64,000 nt of DNA from Mobula hypostoma. Lineage: Eukaryota. The translations under genes and the position numbers were made by a program. The stretch's first letter is position 1; each line of letters begins with the position of its first letter. Location: positions 22,134,001 to 22,198,000 of the forward strand of contig NC_086101.1 in the NCBI RefSeq assembly GCF_963921235.1, read 5' to 3'. Below the pieces are notes generated by a model, which ran no database searches, had not been told where the DNA came from, and worked only from the letters and a program-made list of their open reading frames with translations. This document shows positions 47,461 through 59,728 of this stretch, one piece after another.

Positions 47461-49330
47461 TATAGAAACATAGAAAATAGGGGCAGGAGTAGGCCATTCG
47501 GCCCTTCGAGCCTGCATCGCCATTCAGTATGATCATGGCTGATCATCCAACTCAGAACCCTGCACCAGCCTTCCCTCCATACCCCCTGATCCCCCTAGCC
47601 ACAAGGGCCATATCTAACTCCCTCTTAAATATAACCAATGAACTGGCCTCAACTGTTTCCTGTGGCAGCGAATTCCACAGATTCACCACTCTCTGTGTGA
47701 AGAAGTTTTTCCTAATCTCGGTCCTAAAAGGCTTCCCAATTTTCTTCAAACTGTGACCCCTCGTTCTGGACTTCCCCAACATCAGGAACAATCTTCCTGC
47801 ATCTAGCCTGTCCAATCCCTTTAGGATTTTATACGTTTCAATCAGATCCCCCCTCAATCTTCTAAATTCCAACGAGTACAAGCCCAGTTCATTCAGTCTT
47901 TGTTCATATGAAAGTCCTGCCATCCCAGGAATCAATCTGGTGAACCTTCTTTGTACTCCCTCTATGGCAAGGATGTCTTTCCTCAGATTAGGGGACCAAA
48001 ACTGCACACAATACTCCAGGTGTGGTCTCACCAGGGCCCTGTACAACTGCAGAAGGACCTCCCTGCTCCTGTACTCGAATCCTCTTGCAATAAATGCCAG
48101 CATACCGTTCGCCTTTTTCACCGCCTGCTGTACCTGCATGCCCACTTTCAATGACTGGTGTATAATGACACCCAGGTCTCATTGCACCTCCCCTTTTCCT
48201 AATCGGCCACCATTCAGATAATAATCTGTTTTCCTATTTTTGCCACCAAAGTGGATAACTTCACATTTATCCACATTAAATTGCATCTGCCATGAATTTG
48301 CCCACTCACCTAACCTATCCAAGTCACCCTGCATCCTCTTAGCATCCTCCTCACAGCTAGCACTGCCGCCCAGCTTCGTGTCATCCGCAAACTTGGAGAT
48401 GCTGCATTTAATTCCCTCATCCAAGTCATTAATATATATTGTAAACAACTGGGGTCCCAGCACTGAGCCTTGCGGTACCCCACTAGTCACTGCCTGCCAT
48501 TCTGAAAAGGTCCCGTTTATTCCCACTCTTTGCTTCCTGTCTGCCAACCAATTCTCTATCCACATCAATACCTTACCCCCAATACCGTGTGCTTTAAGTT
48601 TGCACACTAATCTCCTGTGTGGGACATTGTCAAAAGCCTTTTGAAAATCCAAATATACCACATCCACTGGTTCTCCCCCATCCACTCTACTAGTTACATC
48701 CTCAAAAAAATTCTATGAGATTCGTCAGGCATGATTTTCCTTTCACAAATCCATGCTGACTTTGTCCGATGATTTCACCGCTTTCCAAATGTGCTGTTAT
48801 CACATCTTTGATAACTGACTCTAGCAGTTTCCCCACCACTGACGTTAGGCTAACCGGTCTATAATTCCCCGGTTTCTCTCTCCCTCCTTTTTTAAAAAGT
48901 GGGGTTGCATTAGCTACCCTCCAATCCTCAGGAACTAGTCCAGAATCTAACGAGTTTTGAAAAATTATCACTAATGCATCCACTATTTCTTGGGCTACTT
49001 CCTTAAGCACTCTGGGATGCAGACCATCTGGCCCTGGGGATTTATCTGCCTTTAATCCCTTCAATTTACCTAACACCACTTCCCTACTAACATGTATTTC
49101 GCTCAGTTCCTCCATCTCACTAGACCCTCGGTCCCCTACTATTTCCGGAAGATTATTTATGTTCTCCTTAGTGAAGACAGAACCAAAGTAATTATTCAAT
49201 TGGTCTGCCATGTCCTTGCTCTCCATAATCAATTCACCTGTTTCTGTCTGTAGGGGACCTACATTTGTCTTTACCAGTCTTTTTCTTTTCACATATCTAT
49301 AAAAGCTTTTACAGTCAGTTTTTATGTTCA
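47461..49330 (-). mobile_element. CR1 LINE, 5'-truncated, relatively young
   Basis: ORFs 47552-48151, 48179-48685 and 48702-49330 with DFQKAFD, GVPQGSVLGP, KFADDTK. Confidence 0.92.
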
Positions 49331-51011
49331 CCCATAAGCTTATATGGAGATGATCAGTTTTTGGGTGTTTACTAAGGAGTGGAAAGGCACAGTCTGTGAT
49401 GGAGTGGAGAGAATTACTTTGGGCACCTGTTACCTCCCTGTCATCTTTCCAGCTCGGCAGCCCACTGCTCTCCTCCCACTGCAGTAGATGGAGCAGCAGC
49501 TGGACAGCAGTGAGCTTCATTGTGGAGGTACTGGGTATCAGTGGTAGGAGGAAGTGTGTCTGCTTGGCCCAGCCAGGGGAAGACTGGCTGGCCCCAGAGG
49601 CTCAATTGCATCGGCACAGTTTCTGAAGTTGGTCAGCAGCTGGAGCTTTTGATGACTAACTGACAGCCCCACTTCTTCAAATGGACAGTAGACAGTAGGA
49701 GCAGGAGTAGACCATTCAGCCCTTCGAGCTAGCACCGCCATTCACTGTGATCATGGCTGATCATCCACAATCAGTACCCCTTTCCTGCCTTCTCCCCATA
49801 TCCCTTGACTCCGCTATCATTAAGAGCTCTATCTAATTCTTTCTTGAAAGCATCCAGAGAATTGGCCTCCACTGCCTTCTGAGGCAGAGCGTTCCACAGA
49901 TCCACAACTCTCTGGGTGAAAAAGTTTTTCCTTAACTCTGTTTGAAATGGCCTAGCCCTTATTTTTAAACTGTGGCCTCTGGTTCTGGACTCCCCTAACA
50001 TTGGGAACATGCTTCCTGCCTCTAGCGTGTCCAATCCCTTAATACTCTTATATGTTTCAATCAGATCCCCTCTCATCCTTCTAAATTCCAGTGTATACAA
50101 TCCCAGTCGCTCCAATCTTTCTACATATGACAGTCCTGCCATCCCGGGAATTAACCTCGTGAACCTACGCTGCACTCCCTCAATAGCAAGAATGTCCTTC
50201 CTCAAATTTGGAGACCAAAACTGTACACCATACTCCAGGTGTGGTCTCACCAGGGCCCTGTACAACTGCAGAAGGGCCTCTTTGCTCCTATATTCAACTC
50301 TCCTTGTTATGAAGGCCAGCATGCCATTAGCTTTCTTCACTGCCTGCTGTACCTGCATGCTTACTTTCAGTGACTGATGAACAAGGACACCAAGATCTTG
50401 TTGTACTTCCCGTGTTCCTAACTTGACATCGTTCAAATAGTAATCTGCCTTCCTGTTCCTGCCACCAAAGTGGATAACTTCACATTTATTCACATTAAAC
50501 TGCATCTGCCCACTCACCCAACCTGTCCAAGTCATCCTTCATTATATCAACATCCTCCATACATTTCACACTGCCACCTAGCTTTGTGTCATCTGCAAAT
50601 TTGCTAATGTTACTTTTAATTCCTTCATCTAAATCATTAATGTATATTGTAAATAGCTGCAGTCCCACCACCAAGCCTTGCGGTACCCCACTAGTCACCG
50701 CCTGCCATTCTGAAAGGGACCTGTTAATCCCTACTCTTTGTTTTCTGTCTGCCAACCAATTTTCTATCCATGTCAGTACCCTATCCCCAATACCACGTGC
50801 TCTAATTTTGCCCACTAATCTCCTATGTGGGACCCTATCAAAGGCTTTCTGAAAGTCCAGATACACTACATCCACTGGCTGTCCCTTGTCCATTTTCATA
50901 GTTACATCCTCAAAAAATTCCAGAGGATTAGTCAAGCATGATTTCCCCTTTGTAAATCCATGCTGACTCGGACCGATCCTGTTACTGCTATCGAAACGTG
51001 CTGCTATTTCA

Positions 51012-51198
51012 GCAACACTCATCAAAGTTGCTGGTGAACACAGCAGGCCAGGCAGCATCTCTAGGAAGAGGTACAGTCGACGTTTCAGGCCGAGACCCTT
51101 CGTCAGGACTAACTGAAGGAAAAGCTAGTAAGAGATTTGAAAGTGAGAGGGGGAGGGGCAGATCCAAAATGATAGGAGAAGACGGGAGAGGGAGGGAT
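51012..51198 (-). mobile_element. 187-bp Penelope pLTR insertion with intact hammerhead motif (51074-51110)
   Basis: 14-bp TSD gtgc(t/c)gctatttca at 50998-51011 and 51199-51212. Confidence 0.8.
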
Positions 51199-51558
51199 GT
51201 GCCGCTATTTCATCCTTTATAATTGACTCCAGCATCTTCCCCACCACTGATGTCAGGCTAACTGATCTATAATTCCCTGTTTTCTCTCTCCCTCTTTTCT
51301 TAAAATGTGGGATAACATTAGCTACCCTCCAGTCCTCAGGAACTGATCCTGAATCCATAGAACATTGGAAAATAATTACCAATGCGTCCACAATTTCTAG
51401 AGCCACCTCCTTAAGTACCCTGGGGTGCAGACCATCAGGCCCTGGGAATTTATCAGCCTTCAGTCCCATCAGTCTATCCAAAACTGTTTTCTGCCTCATG
51501 TGAATCTCCTTCAGTTTCTCCGTTACCCTAGGTCCTCCGGCCACTATTACATCTGGGA

Positions 51559-51870
51559 AACAACAGGAATTCTGCAGATGCTGGAAATTCAAGCAACACA
51601 CATCAAAGTTGCTGGTGAACACAGCAGGCCAGGCAGCATCTCTAGGAAGAGGTGCAGTCGACGTTTCAGCCAGAGACCCTTCGTCGGGACTAACTGAGAT
51701 CTCTTCCTAGAGATGCTGCCTGGCCTGCTGCGTTCACCAGCAACTTTTATGTGACTCACTCTTCCTTCAGTTAGTCCTGACGAAGGGTCTCGGCCTGAAA
51801 CGTTGACTGCATCTCTTCCTAGAGATGCTGCCTGGCCTGCTGTGTTCACCAGCAACTTTTATGTGTGTTG
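51559..51870. mobile_element. 312-bp Penelope pLTR insertion (one inverted plus two direct pieces) with hammerhead motifs
   Basis: 13-bp TSD attacatctggga at 51546-51558 and 51871-51883; motifs at 51655-51695 (-) and 51773-51809 (+). Confidence 0.85.
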
Positions 51871-52663
51871 ATTACATCTGGGAGATTGTTTGTGTCCTCC
51901 CTAGTGAAGACAGTTCCAAAGTACCTGTTCAACTAGTCTGCCATTTCCATAATAAATTCACCCGTTTCTGTTTTCAAGGGCCCAACTTTGGTCTTAACTA
52001 ATTTTTTGCTCTTCACATACCTGAACAATCCTTTATATTCTTGGCTAGCTTGCCTTCATATCTCATCATTTCTCCCTGTATTGCCTTTTTAGTTATCCTC
52101 TATTGCTCTTTAAAAGTTTCCCAATCCTCTGGCTTCTTGCTCATCTTTGCTATGTTATACTTCTCTTTTATTTTTATACTATCCTTGACTTCCCTTGTCA
52201 GCCACGGTCGCCCCTTACTCCCCTTGGAATCTTTCTTACTCTTCGGAATGAACTGATCCTGTACTTTCTGTATTATTCCCAGAAATACCTGCCATTGTTG
52301 TTCCACTGTCATCCCTGCTAGGGTATCTTTCCAGTCAACTCTGGCCAGCTCCTCCCTCATGGGTCCATAGTCTCCTTTGTTCAACTGTAATACTGACACT
52401 TCCGATTTTCCCTTCTCCCTCTCAAATTGTAGTTTAAAACTTATCATATTATGGTCACTACCTCCTAATGGTTCCTTTACCTCGAGTTCCCTTATCAAAT
52501 CCGGTTCATTACACAACACTAAATCCAGAATTGCCTTCTCCCTGGTAGGTTCTGTTCAGGTTTTGATGTTGCCATTCTGGGACGTCCCATTATGAATGGC
52601 TATTGATATGATTGATATGCATGTGCGAGATTACTCAGTGTCTTTGCTGTTCTATATTTTCAG

Positions 52664-52756
52664 AACAAAGATATACCTTCCACACTTGGAATGTGCTCAT
52701 CGCCTCAGTGGTCGAATGTACAGTCAGCTTCATCGTGGCCTCAATGTTCCATTACT
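52664..52756 (+). CDS. TM5 exon: QRYTFHTWNVLIASVVECTVSFIVASMFHY
   Basis: ctttgctgttctatattttcag acceptor; TACT|GTAAGT donor; phase 1-1. Confidence 0.8.
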
Positions 52757-55046
52757 GTAAGTATCAAAATGATCAGAACCCTTCAGATCACAAACCAGAT
52801 GCTGGAAATCAAAGCAGCACACACAAAATGCTGGAGGAACTCAGTCATAATGAAAACTTTCCCCAGGGTCCCACTGCCCCTTCAGGTTGGGGTTATGGGG
52901 AAACTTCCAGCACGTTGTTCCTTCCCTGTCCCTGACTGGCTGCTGTCGTTCAGGAGGAGCTCTGGCCTGTATTTTCCCTGCTGCTACTGGAAGCTCCTCA
53001 TGGAGTCATTGGCGTTTTTGTCATAAATAGACTACAAGACGTAGGAGCAGTTTAGGCTATTCAGCCCATTGAGTCTGCTCTGCCACTCCATCAGGGCTAA
53101 TTTACTATCTCTCTCAACCCCATTCTCCTGCCTTTCTCAGTAAAATACCACAATTACACACACATTAAGCAAGCATAGGAAAAGTTAATCTGCGTAAAAT
53201 AACAATATTACACACTAGTCTAACACTTCCCTAGTCATTTCTTGCCAATCAAGCGTTGCAATAGAGTTGTATCCCATCTCACCCTGATATCAGGGGATCA
53301 CTTTTGCCTTTTGGGATTAGAGTATGATTTTCATTAAGGTCCTGCCTGACCTCATCAGAATTCCACAGTGAAGAAAGACACAGTATCAATCAAAAGTATT
53401 GTCAAAACACCCAAAATGTTTTTATTGCCTAGATCCTCTTTATGGACTTCGCTGAGTATTTTCTATTTATAGTGCAGAGGGCTCTTGGTTCTATTCTGTG
53501 AGACGGTGGTAAAACTAATTTTTTGGCCCGATAAGCCTGAATCCTGAAACAGGGCAAGGGGAAAATTAAAATCTGGTGAATTAAATAAAAGAATCCAACG
53601 TAAATACTGATGAATATAAAACTGGAGGATTTCACCGTCTTTCAAGAAAAAAATCTGCCGTCCTTACGGGAGACTGCTGGAAATCTGCAGGAATGCGGAG
53701 CTCCAGAATTTCTTGCTGCGCCTGTCCCCGGATGCTGCGTGGGCCTCAAACGTGAATTACTTCTGTCTCCACAGAGGCTTCCTGACCTGCAACTGCCCTA
53801 AGCCATTCCTATTTTTATTGCACCTTTTAAAATAATTTCAAATTGGTACTTCAGTAATATAGTTTTAGTTTTGATGTTTCAGAGTGATGGGGGACGGACT
53901 GTGGTGTTAAGGTTTCCTGGGATAATGTGGACGAGGCTTGATTTATCCTGTTTTATCACTGTATCCACAGCTTTGCACAGCCGGATTTGCCTTTGGGTCC
54001 GGAAAGGGTACAGCTGGATGACTGGTGAGTGCAGGCGGAGTTTTCCATTCCTTCCCACCCCCCCCCCACCTTGACCTCCCCCAGGGAATATCTGGCCTGT
54101 GCAATTCCCCTCCCTCCCCCCCCCACCCTACCCCAGTGAATATCCGGCCTGTGCCATTCCGGATGGTCAAATTCTTGGGGTAAGTGAAGGTGAAGTCCAG
54201 GGGCTTTTGTCATTTCTCTTTTGGAGATTCCGTGTTGGGGAGCGAATTCAAGAGGTTTTCCATCTCGTAGAGTCGGATCAATCACTGGAGGGAAGGGGTG
54301 GGTGAAACCCGGTGCCGTGTCCATCAGGGGAACATCTGGGAGGAGGGCAGGGACGGAGGATTCCAGAAAGTGCCAGATAAATGAGCCGAAGGGCACTTTG
54401 CACCTGTGGTCTCTCCTGTGTTGGGACTTGGTGTCACTCACATTCCCGGGGTAGGAAGGTGAAAGGAACCTTGCCCATTGGGAGCAGATATGGGAAACGA
54501 GTTGCTGTCTGATTGTCTGCCCCTTCATTTTAAGTATTTGGACATTCAGCACACAGTCCACAATTTTCAATCATTCAGCTGGGAGCAGGCAATGGGAATG
54601 TGATGGCAGACCCTGTCTTGGGGAAAGCCATGATCTTTAAAGGCAAGTAACAAGAAGGCACATTTCCTGGCCTGGCTCCCAGTGCAGGACGGGAGCCTGT
54701 GTCCCGATTCTGCGCTCTCTGAGTGCAGGAAATTCCATCAGTCAGAAGAATGGGGGAGCAAAATTTCCTGTTTACTCCATGTTAAACACCTCCAGGAAGT
54801 TACTGTGGGAGCCTGTGCATAAAGTAACTCTTCCATTGATTGTTAACCCTTTCCCACTGTGTGACCCGGGACCTTCCCCAGTCTGTAAACTGGAGATCCT
54901 GTCTGCACTCTCTATTAAGTCACTAAGAAGGGGTCAAATTCTCAAGAGTAAATGAGAGAGGATTGAAACTCTTTTAGTGACTGTTGGTGAGACAAGTCAT
55001 TGAAATATTGAATATCCATAGTTATTGATTATTTTCTTTATTATAG

Positions 55047-55084
55047 GCAGAAATAAAAGCAACACTAATGAAAAAGGACCGCAG
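55047..55084 (+). CDS. Cytoplasmic tail exon 1: (C)RNKSNTNEKGPQ
   Basis: ttattttctttattatag acceptor; CAG|GTATTT donor; phase 1 to 0, bridging TM5 to the terminal exon. Confidence 0.7.
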
Positions 55085-55325
55085 GTATTTTGTTCGTATT
55101 AATTTCAGCGAATGTATTTTATGCAGTAGAGCTTATTTAATATGCTATAAATTATTGACACACAGCTACAAATTTGTGCACACTGAAATCTTCCCACTCT
55201 GTTTATACAAGTCAGACATTGATACTCACAATCCAATATATTAAGTCAAATCCAATCACATATATCTGACACGCTTACAGAAATTACCTCAGAGGCCAAA
55301 TCTGGACTGTGAATATTAACATATA

Positions 55326-56750
55326 TAGTGCCTATAAAAAGTATTCACCCCCCCTTGGAAATTTTCATGTTTTATTGTTTTACAACATTGAATCACAGTG
55401 GATTTAATTTGCCTTTTTTGACACTGATCAACAGAAAAAGACTTTTTCGTGTTAAAGTGAAAACAGACCTGTATAAAGTGATCTAAATTAATTACAAATA
55501 TAAAACACAAAATAATTGATTGTGTAAGTATTCACCCCCTTCATGTCAGTATTTAGTAGATGCACCTTTGGTAGCAATTATAGCCTTGAGTCTGTGTGGA
55601 TAGGTCTCTGTCAGCTTTGCACATCTGGACACTGCAGTTTTTCTCCATTCTTTACGGAGCTGCACAAGCTCTATCAGATTGCATGTGGATTGTGAGTGAA
55701 CAATGCTTTTCAAGTCCAGCCACAAAATCTCAATTGGTTTGAGGTCTGGATTCTGATTTGGCCATTCCAGGACATTAACTTTGTTGTTTTTAAGCCATTC
55801 CTGTGAAGCTTTGGCTTTATGCTCGAGGTGATTTTCTTGCTGGAAAACAGATCTCCCAAGTCTCAGTTCTCTTACAGATTGCATCACGGTTTCCTCTAGG
55901 ATTTCCCTGTATTTTGCTGCATTCATTTTACCCTCTACTTTCACAGTCCTTCCAGGACCTGCTGCAATGAAGCATCCCCACAGCATGATGCAGCCACCAC
56001 CATGCTTCATGGTAGAGATGGTGTGCTTTTGATGATGTGAGGTGTTTGGCTTATGCCAAATGTAGCATTTAGTGTGATGGCCAAAAAATTCAATTTTGGT
56101 TTCATTAGACCAGCTGACTTCAGAGTCTCCCACATGCCTTCTGGCAAACATTAGCTGAGATTTCATGTGAGATATTTTAACAGTGGCTTTCTCTTTGCCA
56201 CTCTCCCATGAAGGTGTGACTGGTGAAGCACCTGGGCAACAGTCGTTGTATGTGCAGTCTCTCCCATCTCAGCCACTGAAGCTTGTAACTCCTTCAGAGT
56301 TGTCATAGGTCTCTTGGTGGCTTCCCTCACTAGACCCCTGCTCTAGGCAGATTTACAACTGTGCCATATTCTTTCCATTTCTTGATGATTGACAACTGTA
56401 CTCCAAGGGATATTCAGTGTCTTGGAAATTTTCCTGTATCCATCTCCTGATTTATGCTGCTCAATAACCTTTTTGCGGAGCTGCTTGGAGTGTTCTTTTG
56501 TCTTCATGGTATAGTTTTTGCCAGGGTACTGACTCACTAGCAGTAGGACCTTCCAGATACAGGTACATTTTTACAGCAATCAATTGAAATGCCTTGACTG
56601 CACTCAGGTCTCCAAAAACAGATTTCTATTCAACTAATTACGTAACTTTTAAAACCAATTGGCTGTACCAGTGATGATTTAGTGTGTCAATGTTGTAAAA
56701 CAATAAAACATAAAAACTTCCAAGGGAGTGAATACTTTTTACAGGCACTG
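55326..56750 (-). mobile_element. Tc1-like DNA transposon, decayed
   Basis: TA-flanked TIRs (t)agtgcctataaaaagtattcacccc / gagtgaatactttttacaggcactg; ORF 55546-56166 with HGGGCIMLWGCF and WPNQNPDLKPIE. Confidence 0.9.
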
Positions 56751-57140
56751 TATATATAATATGTTTTGCACTGCACTCTGGTACAAAAAAAAACAAATTT
56801 TATGACGTGAGTGATGATAAACCTGATTCTGATTTGGGTCTCGATTGTCGACTGAAAGTGGGAAGGAGGCAGGGAGAGGGGAATCATGGTTGGGAAAAGG
56901 GGAAGGAAGAGGGAAGGGAGCGGGAAGCACTAGAGATCAATAAACCAATTGTTTGGAATCAAATGACCTTGCTGGTGTCTCAGGGAAGGGTATGTCTGCA
57001 CCTGGGCCACCCTTCCACCAGCCCTGGCATTCCTTCTCTCCCACCTGTTCTACACCCCTCCTGCAGCACTCCATCCTCACCATTCCCAATATTCTTTGCT
57101 CCTGCCAGATTTACAAACCTGCTCTCCACATTGATAAGTA

Positions 57141-57190
57141 CAGTCTGTGCAAAGGTCTTCATATGTGCCTAAGACTTTTGCACAGTACTG
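57141..57190. mobile_element. 50-bp Tc1/mariner-type mini-MITE
   Basis: cagtctgtgcaaaggtctt...aagacttttgcacagtactg, preceded by TA. Confidence 0.55.
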
Positions 57191-57382
57191 CACGGATTCT
57201 CCCACTGTCTACACAGCTCCTGTGTCTGAACACGTTGTCTATGAAGGTAACAGAGATGTACTACCATCTTGACCTTCTTTCACAGTCTCTCAGTTTGTAA
57301 ATAGATGTTGCTTTGGTCTTCTGTGCTTTCATATCTCCCTCCTTCACTTACTCTCAGAATTAGAATCAGAATCAATGACATG

Positions 57383-57920
57383 CACTCAGTGGCCACTTTA
57401 TTATGTATGCCTGTACTACTGCTTGTTAATCAAATATCTAATCAGCCAGTCCTGTGGTAGCAACTCAACGTATAAAAGCATGCAGACATGGTCGAGAAGT
57501 TTATTTACTGTTCAGACTGAACATCGGAATGGGGGAAGAAATGTGATCTAAGTGACTTTGTGGAATGACTGTCGGTGCCAGATGGGGTGGATTGAGTATC
57601 ACAGAAACTGCTGATCTCCTGGGATTTTCAGACATTATCTAGATCTTAAAGAGAATGGTATGCAAAAAGAAAAACCCAGCATCCAGTGAGCGGCAGTTCT
57701 GTAGCCATAAATGCCTTGTTAATGAGAGAGGTCAGAGGAGAATGTCAAGCTGACAGAAAGGCAACAGCAACTCAGATGACCACATATGACAACAGTGGTG
57801 TGTAGAAGAGCACCTCTGATTGCAGACCACGTTAAAATCTTGAAGTGGGTGGGGTACCATGAACATACTCAGTGGCCATTTTATTTGGTACAGGAGGTAC
57901 CCTATAAAGAGGCTGCTAAG
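57383..57920. mobile_element. Non-autonomous Tc1-like element
   Basis: Starts cactcagtggccactttatt; the same terminal motif recurs at about 57865 and, inverted, at about 45830-45850. Confidence 0.45.
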
Positions 57921-58544
57921 GTGTGTCTTGTGGAATTCGTTCTTTTTCAGCAGTAGTGCAAGACATTAAAAAAAATCATAAAAGTGACAATAAGAAATAT
58001 AAAAAATAATTAAGTAATGTAGAAAGTGAGGTCACGGGTTTGTGGCCTGTTCAGAAATTTGATGGCAGAGGGAAGGAAGTTGTTCCTAAGATGTGAGTGT
58101 GTGTCTTCATGCTCCTGTACCTCCTCCCTGATGGTCCCAATGAGAAGAGAGCATGTCCTGGGTGGTGGTGGTGGACCTCAGCCAACTTCTTGAAGCATCG
58201 CTTATTGAAGTTGTCCTCTGATGGGGTAGCTAGTGCCCATGATGGAGCTGATTGAGTTTACGATATACGACAGCCTTTTCTGATCACATCCATTGGCACC
58301 CCCATTCCAGACGGCAATGCAACCAGGCAGAATATTCTCCCCGGTACACCTGTTGAAATTTGCTAGAGTCTTTGGTGATGTACCAAATCTCCACAGACTC
58401 CTAATGAAGTATAGCCACTGACCTGCCTTCTTTGTGATTGCGCCAATGTGTTAGGTCAAGGATAGATCCTCAGAATTACTGACACCCTGGAACGTGAAGC
58501 TGATCAGTTTCTGCATTTTACAATTTCACTTTCTGTGTTTTCAG

Positions 58545-58613
58545 AATGCTGAAGAACTGCAGAGTTTCACAACCTTTCCCACAGAAGATGCTGGATATGT
58601 ACATTCCGATTAG
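58545..58613 (+). CDS. Terminal coding exon: NAEELQSFTTFPTEDAGYVHSD*
   Basis: tttcactttctgtgttttcag acceptor; phase 0 matches the preceding exon; ends in TAG. Confidence 0.7.
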   Translation, partial: NAEELQSFTTFPTEDAGYVHSD

Positions 58614-58688
58614 AAAGGGCTGAACAGTCTGCTTTTGGATGCCATTGCCTTGGAAAAACACTATCTGGTGTGACCGAACATTTCGATC

Positions 58689-58870
58689 CTATCGCTCCCA
58701 ACTCAGGACTTGGGCTTCCGAAAAAGCAACACGGCATAATTTCCAGTCTGTTGGCTCCTGACTGGGAATGTTAATCTCTGACAATCTGGCAGAGATTTTA
58801 TCAGCAGCAGAAACTTTATTGCAGGTTCTTTGTGGGAAGAGGCACAGAAGGACTCCCCCAGCAGTCAGCC
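58689..58870 (-). CDS. Candidate terminal exon of an unidentified convergent gene: (G)LTAGGVLLCLFPQR...VLSWER*
   Basis: Minus-strand acceptor ttaactctctccttacag; 60 open codons; phase 1 compatible with candidate exon 60784-60872. Confidence 0.45.
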
Positions 58871-59111
58871 CTGTAAGGAGAGAGTTAAATTTGCTGTTAA
58901 AGTACAATGAGAGTCCATGAACACACATCCATCTGTTCCTCCCCGCCCCAAAGTGCTACACCTGCCCACTCACCACCTCCTTCACCTCCATTCAGGCTTC
59001 CAAACAGCCCTCCCAGGTGATGCAACACTTCACCTACAAATCTGCTGCGGCCCAAAACGTCAATTATTTATTCAAGTACATAGGTGCTGTTTCCTGGCCT
59101 GCTGAGTTCCA

Positions 59112-59113
<2 letters not shown>

Positions 59114-59146
<33 letters not shown>
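59114..59146. repeat. (TG)n microsatellite
   Basis: Pure TG run. Confidence 0.95.
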
Positions 59147-59147
<1 letters not shown>

Positions 59148-59728
59148 GCATGAGAGGCTGTTGGATCAGTAGTTGGCCACTGGGATTGTACAGATCAATG
59201 TATTAAGTGGATGATGAGTATTATTCTGCTTTTCTTTGTACCACTAAGTTATTAATCGATTGTCTTCCTTTTGTATTATAAGCTTTATATGACTGTAGTA
59301 AAGCAATTTCTCTTGCCCTTTAACACGTGTACGCTGCTTGCTTTGTTTGCAAATATATTTTTGAATGCCCTTGCTGATCAGGAAAGAACAGAAAACAAAT
59401 TTTAAAATATTTTCATTACAAGAACTGTTCTTTTCTCTCCTTTTTTTAATCTTTTGAACGTTTCTTTTTCAAAAACATATACTTTATACATATTTTTTAT
59501 ACTGTCAATAGAATTGAGACATTTTTAACTATCAGTTTAAATAGAGAAAACTTTTTCTCACAAAACATCAACACCACTTATGTTCCCTCCAGCTGTGAAG
59601 TGTTTGGCAAGCTGTTCCACAGGACACAGTGCCTCCGTGTTCAGTGGTACCAGGACCTTAAACAGGCTCTTTCCATACACTCCTTCTAATAGCTGATTTC
59701 AGTTTTTGTGCAATTTGTATCTCAAAAA

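Larger units (their letters stand above)
49686..52555 (-). mobile_element. CR1 LINE, 5'-truncated, carrying two Penelope mini-insertions
   Basis: RT and APE-tail motifs (GSDHN, DFQKAFD, KFADDTK). Confidence 0.9.

Noticed and set aside
8642-58613. Assigning the symbol CD47, CD48, CD2 or HEPACAM
   Set aside because: Architecture resembles CD47 and the V domain resembles CD2/SLAM/CEACAM, but I cannot establish orthology from sequence alone.
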